A stretch of DNA of 64,000 nt. Source: Mobula hypostoma (taxonomy: Eukaryota). The DNA lies in the NCBI RefSeq assembly GCF_963921235.1, contig NC_086108.1, forward strand, positions 58,282,001 to 58,346,000, read 5' to 3'. Under the pieces are notes generated by a model. It saw only the letters and a list, made by a program, of their open reading frames with translations, ran no database searches and was not told the DNA's origin. The position numbers were made by a program, and so were the translations under genes. Shown one piece after another: positions 27,426-40,000 of the stretch (its first letter is position 1; each line of letters starts with the position of its first letter).

Positions 27426-28696
27426 TCTGCACCAGGATTAACAACCCAAGTTCATCATTAACATGATCTGAAAGGCTTGCAGTTCACTCGTTCATAAGAT
27501 CTGGACTTATCCAGTTTCAGAGATTAAAAAAAAGACAGGAGCATGAATACAGACACAAAAATTCACATTTGCATTGCTTTTTAAATACAAGTTAATCATT
27601 TCCACCATCCTAATACACTTGACTCCCCGTCTTCACATTATCCTACAAATTCTTTACTTTCAGATACAGTGTTTATCTAACTTCCTTTTGAATATTATAA
27701 CTGACGATCCCTGGCAGTGCTTTCTAAGCAACAACCACCCACAGACTTTAAAAATAAATGCTCATATCACTTGAGGTTTTTATTCACGGTGGCTGGCAAA
27801 ACAATACCCCCTTTAATCAGTTATTCACTGGTAATTGACTATACTACCATGCAAGATCTTAAAAAATATTAAAATTGTAGAAAATTGCAGTATTAATAGG
27901 AATAATATTCAATCATCCATAAAATCTGCTGGTCCAGCACCACCTGTCAGGGTGCCAGAGGTGCACAGTAGGGGCTTTTACTGTATTGTCTTCACTCTCA
28001 CATGTCTGTCAAGACTTGCCTTAACGTATATGTATACACACGACTAATACACATTACCTGCACAAGCCCAAGACTCATGCATGGAGTACAACTCGCTTCA
28101 TTACCAAAAAAACTGAAATGGAACTCAAGGCCAGGCCACTTCAACAAACATTTCCAGACCATGAAGCAGCAACTGAAGATAATTCCGTTAACAACACAGC
28201 CAATCTACGTGTAGTCACATTCTATCTCATGTTTTTTTCTCGTCTTACCGAAAGTTATCTGACACTCGAAGTGTTTTGACCCCCAAATACCTACTCCCCT
28301 GCGATTTTCAGGTGAGGTCTCTGGTTGACAATCCAAAAAGGAAACTTGTTTAGATTTTTCTTTCCCCAGGTCAGGCAGAACACTAAACGGTTCTCCACAA
28401 ATCGAACAATTCAGGAATCATTTTGCATCCTTTTAATGTTGCAAAACATCCCGTGCACTTTTTAAGGAAACGTTGAAACATTTACAGCTTGTTACATATA
28501 TATGAATGCATATGCTTACGAAGAATTGGGAATTTATTTACTCAAATATTAAAATTCTGTAGGATCTGGCAAAAATACTACAAAGTGCTTTCCTTATAAT
28601 CCAAATCCCATTTATATATATTTTTTTCTTTTAAGCAGGCCTCTTTCAGCAATCACTTATATGACCAAATCCATTTATCCCTGCGCCCCTACCTAC

Positions 28697-28841
28697 CCTC
28701 ACTCAAGTCTCTGTTGGATAGGTTCAGCTGTCCACTCTTCCTTGCCGCTTTAATTAAAGCAGCTGGTACAGGTTGCTCTTTCGGCTCAGGTTGAAATCCT
28801 GCCCTGGAACTGGCGAACCTGCCTCCTGCCCTGCGGGACAT
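28697..28841 (-). CDS. LRRC40: LRRC40 coding exon 1 (MSRRAGGRFASSRAGFQPEPKEQPVPAALIKAARKSGQLNLSNRDLSE)
   Basis: ATG at 28841 (minus). Translation carries the LRRC40 N-terminal motif KAARKSGQLNLS. Donor G|gtaggt, phase 1, matches exon 2. Not in the ORF track. Confidence 0.93.
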
Positions 28842-29000
28842 TGCTGCCGGAATCAACAACACAACACGCCGGGATCCACACTCCGTCCGGGAAGGCCGCT
28901 CACTCCCAGTCTGCGCCTGCGCACTGAGGCGACAGGCGTACCCACAAAATGAGCAATTGCTTCATGCAAATCATTCCGGGGGGGTTGTCTTCCGTGATGT
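28842..29000. promoter_or_regulatory. LRRC40 5'UTR/promoter, small CpG-rich patch with an NRF1-like site
   Basis: CpG enrichment just upstream of the ATG. TGCGCCTGCGCA at 28912-28923. Confidence 0.6.
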
Positions 29001-30129
29001 TAGTGGCTGCAAGGCTTGAAATTGATCTTTCAGTGGCGAATTTAATATATTCATGGGTATATGAAATTGTTAACAGAAAACTAAACCTCTCTCCTCTCTG
29101 CACAGGACAAAGTTTCTATGGGGGAAAAAAAACATTGTCCCTCTTCACAGATACTGTTTGATCTGCTACGAACTCCAACCGTATTTACTTTCTGACTTCA
29201 GGGCAATCACGTGCTGATAATCGCTTTCTTGGACTGCTGATGAGAAGGTATTCCACCAGCGCAATTAGGATGGAAGTTCCAGGATTTCCATCTTGTGAGA
29301 AGGAAGGTGTAGAAATATATTTCCAAATCTGGATAACATTTGTAGTGGAGAGCAATTTATAGATGTTGGTGCTCGGCGTCTGCCGCTCTCTCCTACAATG
29401 CACTAGATTTTAACGGTTTCACATTTGGTATTAGGATACATTGGTTGGCCAACTGCAGTACATTTTATAAATGATACACATTGCAGCCATTATGTGTTAA
29501 CGGTGAAAGAAATTGACGTTTACACTGTAGAGTGGATGTGTTGACTTAGTGCCAGATGGAGCGGCAAATGTCAAATACTTCATCACGTTTCTGAGAATTC
29601 TGATTCAGTCAGGATGACTTACGTGAATCACTAGTTACAATATATTCAGTCTCTAGCCTGCTCTGGAGCGACAATTTTATGGAATTTGTCCATTTTGTGG
29701 TTCATTGTGAGCATAGTAAGAACTTCAAAATGGAAAGTATGATGATTGGACTCCCACTTGTTGGACATGGTCATTACCTGACATTTTAGTAGTGCAAATA
29801 TCAAACAGGTTATTTTATATCTGTTCAGAACTTTGGTATTCACACCCAAAATACTGTGCGTGAGCTTGGTTTCCATGTTACAAAATGATATTGAAACAAT
29901 TTTTAATTTTAATTTTTTCTCTCTTTGGTGTTCCCTTGGGATGAAAGGTCACTTGATTCCACACCCACTCTATAATGTCTACCATGATTGATAAACCCAG
30001 TGTGGGAACCTCAGATTCTTCCACAGATGGAGCATAAGGTACCTGACAGGGCAAGGCAGATGGAACTTTGTGAAATAGTGAATTATTTCCCCTGTTGGAT
30101 GCATTCTTTATCATTTACCTTGGGCTTCT

Positions 30130-30500
30130 GTGTTTCAGTTTCAGATTCAGATTTATTTATCACATAGAGCGAAATATGTCATTTGCGTTAACCCAAGGAT
30201 GTGCCGGGGCAGCCCACAAGTGTCACCACTCATTCAGGTGCCAACATAGCAATGTTCCACAGAACAACACAAGCAGCAAGCACAAAACAACAGCAAAATG
30301 AGGCATTTACCCATCACTCCCACACTCCTACCCACCCAGACAGGCCTCAGCAGAGGCCCCCGCCGGACCTTCAATCCTTGTGTCTAGATTTTAGGACCCG
30401 CAGACGCGGACCTCCAGCTTTGTATTTCACACCAGCACACTGATCTCTGGACCTTTGGACCTCAACTTCCAGACTTGCACGGACCGCCGACTCGTGACCC
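30130..30500 (-). mobile_element. SINE-like element sharing its 3' part with the element at 11870
   Basis: TTCAGATTCAGATTTATT tail. CCAAGGATGTGCCGGGGCAGCCCACAAGTGTCACCA is the approximate reverse complement of 12041-12078. Confidence 0.5.
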
Positions 30501-32122
30501 AGGGGCCTAATGACTAAGGATTTTTAGAATAGTTTTGCCAGTTATTATGCAGAAAAAATGTTTCCACATGTCAAGAACACTCTAGTCATTAATAATGGGA
30601 GAAGTGGATCTAAATTCACGGGAAATTGGCGACAATATTGGGGAAGGAGGGACCTGTTCCGATGAGAAAGGTTCCAGCTGAACTTTGCTAGGACCAGGGT
30701 TCTGGCATTTGGCATATCTAGGGCTGTGGATAAGGTTTTAAACTGAATAGTAGGGGGTGGGTTCAACAGTTTGGAAAAGTGAGAGTAAGCTAAAAGGGAA
30801 GGAGAGTGCAGAAGTTACAAAATGCCCTAGTATAAATTTCAAAAAATCGAAAGTTTAGAAAGGGATAAGAATTTAACTTCCAGTAAAATGGAGAAAAAAT
30901 TTAAAAAGCTGATGAATACACGACTGAAGGCATTATATTTGAATACTTGCAGTATGTGGAATAAGACAGATGATCTTGTAATGCAGTTCGAGATTAGCAA
31001 GTATGATAGTGTGGGCATCACTGAATCGTAGCTGACAGAAGATCATACTTGGGAATTTAACATCCATGGATTCACACCTTATTGAAAGGACAGACAGGTA
31101 GATGGAGGGGGTGGGATAAAAAATGAAATCAAAGAAAAGGGGGACATAAGATTTGAAGGTGTAGAATCCTTGGGGGTAGAGTTACGAAACTGTGAGGGTA
31201 AAAAGATCCTGATGGGAGTTATGTACAGGCCTCTGAATAGTAGCCAGGATGTGGGGTACAAATTACAACCGGAGATAGAAAAGGCATGTAAAAAGAGCAA
31301 TCTTATGATAGACATGAGGGATTGTAATATGTATATAGTTTGGGAAAATCAGGTTGGTGCTGGATCCCTGGAGAAGGAATTTGTAAAATGCCAATGAGAT
31401 TTTATTTAGAAAGGTAACAGGGTGACCCGTTAGGGCACCCTTTGAGAGAAGGGTAGTGCAGCCTGATATGAGCAGAATGAACATTAAATTTTCCTGAATG
31501 CTGTTGGTATCGCTTTGCTTTGGAAACTGAAGTAGAAAACCTCAGTTTATTAAAGAAGAACGACGCATAGCAAAGGAAAAATAGCTGCTCCTCATTTAAC
31601 GAAGGACACTTTTGATGGCATCATTTCTGGTTTATCTGCCACCCTTGTGCCTCTTGACATTCTGGAGACGTGCAGTCCTTTCATCCCCCATCTCTTCAGC
31701 TCTTCTGCTGTTTGTTGTTTGTCTCTGATCCTGGAGACGTGCATGCCTCTGCTCCTCTGTCTCTTCTTCTCTCACCATTTTTTGTCCTGATTCTTTGATC
31801 CTTGAGTCATGCGGCCCTGGCCTCATCCGATTCTTGTTCTCTCTCTTGCTCCTTGCCGCTTCCTGACGACGTTTGGCGTCATCCCTTTACCATAATGTCC
31901 CCCTTCCCTTTCCACGCGGCATAATTAGGCTGACCATTTTTTTTACCCTAATGTTGGATAGAAGATATGAAGCACTAACACCAAAGGATGCTGACTATTC
32001 TTGATGATGTAGTTGGCACTTTCCTAAATGGACGTGATATAGTCACCACTGTCCTTTGACTGTAGCAAAGGCTTTTATGGGTGTCTCCAAGTACATCATT
32101 ACGATAAGATTTAATTATCTCT

Positions 32123-32767
32123 TATAGACAATAGGTGCACGAGTAGGCTATTTGGCCCTTCGAGACAGCACCGCCATTCACTGTTATCATGGCTGATCAT
32201 CCATAATCAGTACCCCGTTCCTGCCTTCTCCCCATATCCCTTGACTCCGCTATCATTAAGAGCTCTATCTAACTCTTTCTTGAAAGCATCCAGAGAATTG
32301 GCCTCCACTGCCTTCTGAGGCAGAGCATTCCACAGATCCACAACTCTCTGGGTGAAAAAGTTGTTCCCCAACTCCGTTCTAAATGGCCTACCCCTTATTC
32401 TTAAATTATGGCCTCTAGTTCTGGGCTCCCCCAACATTGGGAACATGTTTCCTGTCTCTAGCTTGTCCAATCCCTTAGTAATCTTATACGTTTCAATCAG
32501 ATCCCCTCTCATCCTTCTAAATTTCAGTGTATACAATCCCAGTCGCTCCATTCTTTCAACATATGACAGTCCCGCCATCCCGGGAATTAACCTCATGAAC
32601 CTCTGCTGCACTCCCTCAACAGCAAGAATGTCCTTCCTCAAATTTGGAGACCAAAACTGTACACAATACTCCAGGTGTGGTCTCACCAGGACGCTGTACA
32701 ACTGCAGAAGGACCTCTTTGCTCCTGTACTCAACTCCCCTTGTTATAAAGGCCAACGTGCCATTAGC
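32123..32767 (-). mobile_element. CR1 3' fragment
   Basis: ORF 32207..32794 (LVRPHLEYCVQFWSP) with a CR1 3'UTR. Confidence 0.92.
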
Positions 32768-33385
32768 ACGACGAAGGGTCTCGGCCCAAAACATCGATTG
32801 TACCTCTTCCTAGAGATGCTGCCTGGCCTGCTGCGTTCACCAGCAACTTTGATGTGTGTTGCTTGAATTTCCAGCATCCGCAGAATTCCTCGTGTATGCC
32901 ATTAGCTTTCTTATTGATGGGTGGCAGTTAGAGCTGTCCCAATCCTGCACATGCTGATGGTGATTAGCAGAGTTTGACCCCTCGAAAACTCTACCCCTCC
33001 CTTCCCCCATCCCAGTATCCCTCCCCTCCCCTCCCCATCCCAGTTTCACTCTGCCCCCTCCCCCAGCTGCCTATCACCTCCCTCATGGTTCCACCTCCTT
33101 CTGCTACCCATTGTGCTTTCCCCTATTTCTCCTTCACCTTTCCTGCCTATCCCCTCCCTGCTTCCCCTTTTATCTTTCTCCTTACCGGTTTTCACCTGGC
33201 ACCTACCAGCCTTCTCCTTCCCACCCTCCCCCCACCTCCTTTATAGGGCCCCTGCCTGTCCTGACGAAGGATTCCGGCCCGAAACGTTGACTGATCGTTT
33301 CCACGGATGCTGCCCGACCTGCTGAGTTCCTGCAGCGTGTTGAGCGTTGCTTTAACCCCAGCATCTGCAGGGTATTTTGTGCCCT
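32768..33385 (+). mobile_element. Penelope-derived pieces (32768-32895 and ~32975-33385) with hammerhead-like cores
   Basis: Pyrimidine-rich UTR followed by GTCCTGACGAAGG..CCCGAAACGTTGACTG at 33258-33293. Confidence 0.7.
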
Positions 33386-34989
33386 GGAAATAGAGCTGCC
33401 CTGCCCTTTTGCTCCGGTAGGTGTCGCTGCTGAGGCTGGCCGTGCACATGCGGCGGGCTGTGGCGTCCCGATTTCCATGATGGTAGATCGGGTCTCGGGT
33501 GAAAGCCAGCCTGCTGATTTTTAGCGAATGAGCAATTTTATACGGATATATAACACTGAACTTCGCCTGCATTCTGTAAATTAGCGGATTTTAATTCGAT
33601 GTAGCCAAAAAAAGTGCCGCTGTAATGCGGCGTTTGCGCTGATTGGAGGTGACAAACAGACAGCATGACAGTTTTAGTAGTATATAGACAACTTTTGGTT
33701 GAGCTCACTAGGGAAAAGACAATTCTAGAATGGATGTTGTGTAATGAAATAGATTTGATTCGGAAGCTGAAGGTAAAGGAATCCTTACAAGGCAGTGAAC
33801 ATAATATGACATAATTCACACTGCAGTTTGAGAGGGAGAAGCTAAAATCAGATGTATCAGTATTACAGTGGAGTAAAGGGAATTACACAGGCATGAGAGG
33901 GAAGTTGGCCAAAGCTAATTAGAAGAGGACACTAAAAGGGATGACAGTAGAGAAGCAGTGGCTGGCATTTCTGGAAGCAATTTGGAGGTGCAGGATACAC
34001 TCCAAATAAGTATTGTAATGAGAGGATGAAGCAACCAAGGGAAGTCAAAGGCAGCATAAAAGCAAAAAAAAAGCATACAATATAGCAAAGATTAATGGGA
34101 ATCAAGAGGATTTGGAAGTGTCTAAAAGAGAAGGCAATTAAAAAAGCAATGATGAGGGAAAAGATAAAATATGAAGGTAAGCTAGCCAGTAATATAAAAG
34201 AAGATACCAAAAGCTTTGTTAGATATATAAAAAGAAAGCAAAGAATGGATATTGAACCACTAGAAAATGATGCTGGAGAGCTAGAATGGGGAAAAGAAAT
34301 AATGGACAGACTCATCAGCCTTCACTGTTGAAGACGCCAGCAGTATGCCAGACATTCAAGTGTAAGGGGGCAGAAGTGAGTGTAGTTGCTATCACTAAGG
34401 AGAGGGTGCTTGGGAAGTTGAAAGGTCTAAAGGTAGATAAGATAGACTGCACCCCAGGTCTCTGAAAGTGGTAGTTGAAGAGATTGTGGAAGCATTAGTA
34501 ATAACCTTTCACAAACCACTAGATTCTAGAATGGGTCTGGATAACTGTGTCACTACTTTCAGAAGGGAGGTAGGCAAAAAATAGGAAATTATGGGCCAGT
34601 TAGCCTGACCTCAGAGGTTTAGAAGATGTTAGAGTTCTTTATTAAGGATGAGGTTTCGGGGTAGTTGGAGGCACATGTTAAAATAGGTCAAAGTCAGTAT
34701 GGCTTTTTTGAGGGAAAATTTTGTCTGACAAATCTGTTGGAATTCTTTGAGGAAACAACAGGCAGGATAGACAGAGGAGAGTCAGTGGATTTTGTTTTAC
34801 TTGGATTTTCAGAAGGCCTTTGACAAGGTGCCACACATGAGGCTGCTAGAACAGATAACATTACAGGAAAGATATTAGCATGGATAGAAGATTAGCTGAC
34901 TGACAGTAGGCAAAGACTGGAAATAAGGGGGGCCTTTTCTGGTTGACGTGACAGTGGTGTTTTGCAGGGGATGGTGTTGCAACTGCCAG

Positions 34990-36070
34990 TGCAAAAACAG
35001 GAATAAAAATATAGTGTTGAAGTACTGTTCATGGGTTCAATGTCCATTTAGAAATCGTTTGGCAGAGGGGAAGAAGCTGTTCCTGAATTGCTGAATGTGT
35101 GCCTTCAGGCTTCTGTACCTCCTTCCTGATGGTAACAATGAGAAGAGGGCATGTCCTAGGTGGTTGGGGTCCTTAATGATAGACACCGCCCTTCTGAAGA
35201 TGTCTTGGATACTACGTAGGCTAGTACCCATGATGGAACTGACTAATTTTGCCATTCTTTGCAATTTGCTTCAATCCTGTGCACTACCACCCCCCCCCAC
35301 CCCCATAGCAGCCAGTCAGAATGTTCTCCATGGTACATCTGTCAAAGTTTCGACTGTTTTAGGTAATATACCAAATCTCTTCATACTCCCAATGAAATAT
35401 AGCCGCTGTCTTGCCTTCCTTATAGCTGCATCAATAGGTTGGGACCAGGTCAGATACTCAGAGATATTGACACCCAGGAACTTGAAATTGCTCACTCTCT
35501 ACATTTCAGATCCCTCTATAAGGACTGGTTCGTGTTCCCTCTTTTTATCCTTTCTGAAGTCTATCTTCAGCTCTTTGGTCTTACTGACGTTGAGTGCAAG
35601 GTGGTTGCTGTGACACCACTCAACAAGCTGATATACCTGGCTCCTGTACGCCCTCTCGTTACCATCTGAGATTTTGCCGACAATTATTGTATCATCAGAA
35701 AATTTATAGATGGTATTTGAATTATGCCTAGCCACATAATGATGGGTATAGGGAGGGTAGAGCAATGGTGGGTATAGAGAGGATCCAGTTGCAGAGGAAT
35801 GTATGAAGGCCCAGGTTCTGTAGCTTTTCAATCAGGACTGTAGAAATGACAGATTGAGATTGCATCTGCCATAAACCAATTGTGGCAATAGGCAAACTAC
35901 AGTGGGTCCAGATTCTTGCTGAGGTAGCAGTTGATTCTAGCCATTACCAACCTCTGAAAGCATTTCATCACTGTGATGCTACTACACAAGTTGATAAGGC
36001 AAGTAACACTGCTCTTCTCGGGCGCTGGTGTAATTGTTGCCCTTTTGAAGCAGGTGTGAATTTCCAACCT
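34990..36070 (-). mobile_element. Rex1/Babar-type LINE fragment
   Basis: IYKFSDDTIIVG..LVEWCHSNHLALNVSKTKEL and HALFSLLPSGRRYRSLKAH..FRNSFFPSA. Confidence 0.8.
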
Positions 36071-36834
36071 ATATGTCAATGAACTGGATGATAGAATTTG
36101 TGGCCAAGTTTGCGGATGATACAAAGATACGTGGAGAAGCAGGTAGAGTTGTGAAAGCAGCAGTCTGCTGAAGAACTTGGACAGATTAGGAAAATGGGTA
36201 CAGAAGTGGCAGTGGAATTTAGTGTAGCAAAGTGAATGACCATAAAGGCGTAGATTATTTTCTGAACTGGGAGTGAATTCAGAAATTGGAAGTGCAAAGG
36301 AACTTGGGAGTCCTTGTACAGGATTCTCTAAAGGTAATCTTGCAGGTTGAGTCAGTAGTAAGGAAGGCAAATGCAATGTTGGCATTCATTTTGAGAGGTC
36401 TGGAGTATAAAAGCAAGGATGTAATACTGAGGCTTTAGAGGTATTGGTCAGACAACACGTGGAGTATTGTGAGTAGTTTTGGGCTCCTTATCTAGATAGG
36501 ATGTGCTGGCATTGGAGAGGGTCCAGAGGTTCACGAGAATGATCCCAGGAATGAGACGGTTAAAGTATGAGGAGTGTTTGATGGCTCTGGGCGTGTACTC
36601 ATTCGAGTTTAGAAGAATGAGGGGCGAGCTCATTGAAACATATTGAAAGGCTTAGAGTGGACATGGAGAGGATGTTTCTTATAGTGAGTGAGTTTAGGAC
36701 TAGAGGGCACAGCCATAGAAAACTGGGGAGTACTTTAGAATGGAGATGAGATATATCTTTAGCCAGAGGGTGGTGAATCTGTGATATTCATTGCCACAGA
36801 CAGCTGTGGAGGCCAAACCATTGGATTGATAGGT

Positions 36835-37878
36835 ACTTACAACTGGATCCTTGACTTCCTAATGGGAAGACCATAGTCTGTACATATTGCAGGTAACATC
36901 TCCACCTCGCTGACAATCAACACCAGCATACCTCACGCATGTGATTAGCCCATTGCTCTACTCTCTCTACATCCATGACTGTGTGGCTAGGCACAGCTCA
37001 ATTGCCATCTATAAATTTGCTGATGATACAACTGTTGTTGGCAGAATTTTGGATGGTTCTGAGAGGGTGTACAGGAGTTAGATTTATTAGCTAGTTGAGT
37101 GCTGTCACTGCAACAACCTTGGATTCAACATCAGTAAGACCAAAGAACCTATTGTGGACTTCAGAGAGAGTAAGATGAGGGAACACACTCCATTCCTCAA
37201 AGAGGAATCAGAAGTCAAAAAACTGAGCAACTTCAAGTTCCTTGATATCAATATCTCTTGAGGATCTATCCTAGACCCACATTTCAATGCAGCTACAAAG
37301 AAGGCATGACAGTGGCTATATTTCATTAGGACTTCTAAGGAGATTTGGTATGTCACCAAAGATGCTCGCAAATTGACTAGATATACTGTGGAGAGCATTT
37401 TAACTGGCTACATCACCATCTGGTTTGGGAGGGGTGGGGTGCTACTGCACAGGATTGAAATAAACTGTAGAGTTTACTCAGTCAGTCCTAGCCTCTGCAG
37501 CATCCAGCACATTTTCAAGGAGTGTTGCCTCAAAAAGGCAGCATCCATCATTAAGAACCCCCATCACCCAGGTCATGCCTTGTTCTCATTGCTACCATCA
37601 GGAAGGAGGTACAGAAGCGGGGAGGCACATACTCAACAATTCAGGAATAGCTTCTTCCCCTCGGCCATCCGATTTCTGAGTGAACATTGAACCCATGAAC
37701 TCTATCTCACTACTTTCTTATTTCTATTTTTGCACTACCTACTTAATTGAACTATTTTATATATGTGTATGTGTTTTTGTGTATATATATAATTCTCTAT
37801 TATTGTGTATTGTACTGCAGCCGCAAAAACAACAAATTTTCACGACATATGCCAATGATATCAAACCTGATTTGAATT
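36835..37878 (+). mobile_element. Rex1/Babar-type LINE fragment
   Basis: TATAAATTTGCTGATGATACA (YKFADDT) and ORF 37373..37690 HPGHALFSLLPSGRRYRS. Confidence 0.8.
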
Positions 37879-38339
37879 AGTAAAGGCATCAGCAGTTATG
37901 TTGAAAAGGCAGGACAATGGGGTTTAGAGGGATTATAAATCAGCCATGGTGGAATGGTGTAGCAGACTTGATAGGCCAAATGGCCTAATTCTGCTCCTGT
38001 CTTCTGGTCTTATAGATACAATAGGAAATTTGAGGGTGGTGTGACTGTGGAATTCTCTGCTACTAGGGGAAGTTGAGAATGTGTTTATTGCTGGAATATG
38101 GGAGAAACAATGCCCCATTACAGTAATTTCCTTTTGATTTGTCTGGGTTATTAGTGTTTAAAATGGACTCCATGCACCGACTCAACACCAATCTTAATGC
38201 TTTTCAATTGTTAAGTAGTAATAGGTCAGGGCAGTCCAGGAGTCAATGAAATTATGAGAGATTTTTAAAGGAGGGTTTGAGTACATCTTTAAATCTTTCC
38301 TGTCTCTCCACCAAGCTTCCAGAGTTGAAACAAGGAATA

Positions 38340-38640
38340 ATTTTTATTTTATTTAGAGATACAACTCAGAACAGGTCCTTCCAGTCCATGAGACATGCCA
38401 CCCAGCCTCCCACCTTTTTAAACTAGCCTAATTGCAGGACAATTTACAATGACCAATTAACCTAGTAAGTGGTATGGGTCTTTGGATTTTGGAAAGAAAC
38501 TAGAGAACTGGGAGGAAACCCATGCACTCACGGAAAAAAGAAAACATACAAACTTTCTTACAGAAAACGCCAAAATTAAACTCTAATGCCTTGAGCTGTA
38601 ATAGCATTCATGCTAACTGGTATGTCACTGTGGTACCCCA
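38340..38640 (-). mobile_element. V-SINE (HE1-like)
   Basis: Reverse of V-core: ACCAATTAACCTA..GTCTTTGGA..GGAAAGAAACTAGAG..GGAGGAAACCCATGC..ACAAACT. Confidence 0.6.
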
Positions 38641-38989
38641 TGGAAACATGAGAGCCTGCAGATGCCTTAATTTGGAGCAATAAACAAACAAATGGGGAAC
38701 TCAGCAGGTCAAGCAGCATCTGTGGAGGAAAATGCATGATCGAGGTTTCGGGTCCAAATTGCAGCACTTGCAGTCTCACGCATATATTTTACTACTCCAC
38801 TGTGAAATCTCTTCAAAGTAGGTCTGCTTTGAAGTTTTCCTGTTCCTCAATGGAAGCTCTGTGAGCCACTTTCATACTCTGCCCTCCCCAACCCCTCTAT
38901 ACTCTGCCACACCATTCCCCCACCGCGCCCTCTCCAATCCCACTTCGGTATCCCCATCCCTCACACTGATTCTAAACCCCTCCCCATCC

Positions 38990-39151
38990 TGTTCCCCTTC
39001 CCTCATCCTAATGCCCTCCACTCATTCTGATTCCCCCTCCCTCATCCTAACCCCTCCCTCCCTATCCCTCATCCTAACCCCTCCCTCCCTATCCCTCATC
39101 CTAATCCCCTCCCTCCCCATCCCTCATCCTAACCCCTCCCTCCCTATCCCT
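38990..39151. repeat. C-rich minisatellite, ~27-bp unit CCCTCATCCTAACCCCTCCCTCCCTAT, about 4 copies plus degenerate flank
   Basis: Repeated units directly visible at 39039-39151. Confidence 0.85.
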
Positions 39152-40000
39152 GTGCCGGACGGTCGCTCGGCGCCGTTCCCCAGGCTGCCTGCGCCCCGCC
39201 TGCTGAAGCGAGGGCTGCTGGGAAGCAGCGCACGGGCATTGTGGGATACTGCAGAGGGTGCCTGTTGTCGTTGTTGTTTGAGCGTGTACGGCCGAATATT
39301 CACTGCCGATTAATTACCATCAGATTGTCATTTGTGCCACTTTGTTTTCTTATTTATTTTAATGTCTTAGGTTCGCGAAAACGTCGTGGAAAGTTGGATC
39401 GGGAAAATAAAATTATTCCCCTTTAAAAACGCTTATAATATTTCAAACGATGGCTACAGACGTGATTCAAGTGACCAATGTTTCGCCGAGCGCGACCTCC
39501 GAGCAGATGAAAACTCTGTTCGGATTTTTGGGCAAAATCGAGGAGTTGCGTCTCTTCCCTTCAGAGTGAGTAACTCCAAACTGTCAGGCGGGGCCTGGGC
39601 CTGGGCCGCGCCGGCTCCGCATGATCTGACGTCGAAAGTTTTCATTTTCTGAGGAAAAGTGTGTTTGTACAGCTGTGGCACCTTTACTGACGTGCGTTCC
39701 CAAATATATTCAGAAAGTGTCAGATGCTCTTCCTTGGATCTGCCCGAGTCCCTCAGCAGCTTCCACTATTGTCTGCCTTTCTGCCTGGTTGCCCCCTCCC
39801 CCTCGCACATCTGACCAGGCCACGTTTCCGCCCAGTCGTTGATGTTGAAGTAGATTGGGTGTTAGTCTAATTACTTAACCATGATAAGGTTGTAAGATGC
39901 ATCTAAGTAGCAAGAAACATTTTTTATTAAAGTTGTACCAAAGTTTGAATTTGCATTATTATCAGTGTAACGTAAAATGGCCGCCAATGCAAAGGCACGA
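39150..40000. promoter_or_regulatory. SRSF11 promoter/5'UTR/first-intron CpG-rich region
   Basis: High CpG density around coding exon 1. CRE-like TGACGT near 39628 and 39688, YY1-like AAAATGGCCGCC near 39974. Confidence 0.6.
39450..39565 (+). CDS. SRSF11: SRSF11 coding exon 1 (MATDVIQVTNVSPSATSEQMKTLFGFLGKIEELRLFPS), RRM start
   Basis: ATG in good context (ACGATGG). RRM N-terminus matches recalled SRSF11/p54. Donor GA|gtgagt. Confidence 0.95.

Larger units (their letters stand above)
31406..33688 (-). mobile_element. Non-autonomous Helitron (contains nested CR1 and Penelope pieces)
   Basis: Minus 5' end TCTATATACTACTAAAA at 33688. 3' end has hairpin GGGTGCCC-TAAC-GGGTCACCC (31420-31440) 10 nt before CTAA. 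STPR-like repeats (EETEEQRHARL) in ORF 31632..31826. Confidence 0.7.
30540..38010 (+). mobile_element. Old CR1 broken into collinear pieces (30540-31404, 33689-34985, 36075-36830, 37880-38010) by nested insertions
   Basis: Esterase/endonuclease (GVMYRPLNSS), RT (GATTTTCAGAAGGCCTTTGACAAGG; AAGTTTGCGGATGATACAAAG) and 3' tail occur in order on the plus strand. Confidence 0.8.

Noticed and set aside
32207..32794. 195-aa ORF as a novel chimeric gene
   Set aside because: It is a chance read-through from a fold-back arm into a truncated CR1 RT tail.
37373..37690. Similarity to the DUF1891/ALKBH8 N-terminal-type motif as a host gene
   Set aside because: The same motif appears in four or more decayed copies next to RT remnants, so it is LINE-derived.
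39039..39151. Interstitial telomeric repeat
   Set aside because: CCTAA occurs once per 27-bp unit and there is no (TTAGGG)n run.
38861..39313. 150-aa Pro/Ser/Leu-rich ORF upstream of SRSF11
   Set aside because: It is a translation of the C-rich minisatellite, with a non-ATG start.
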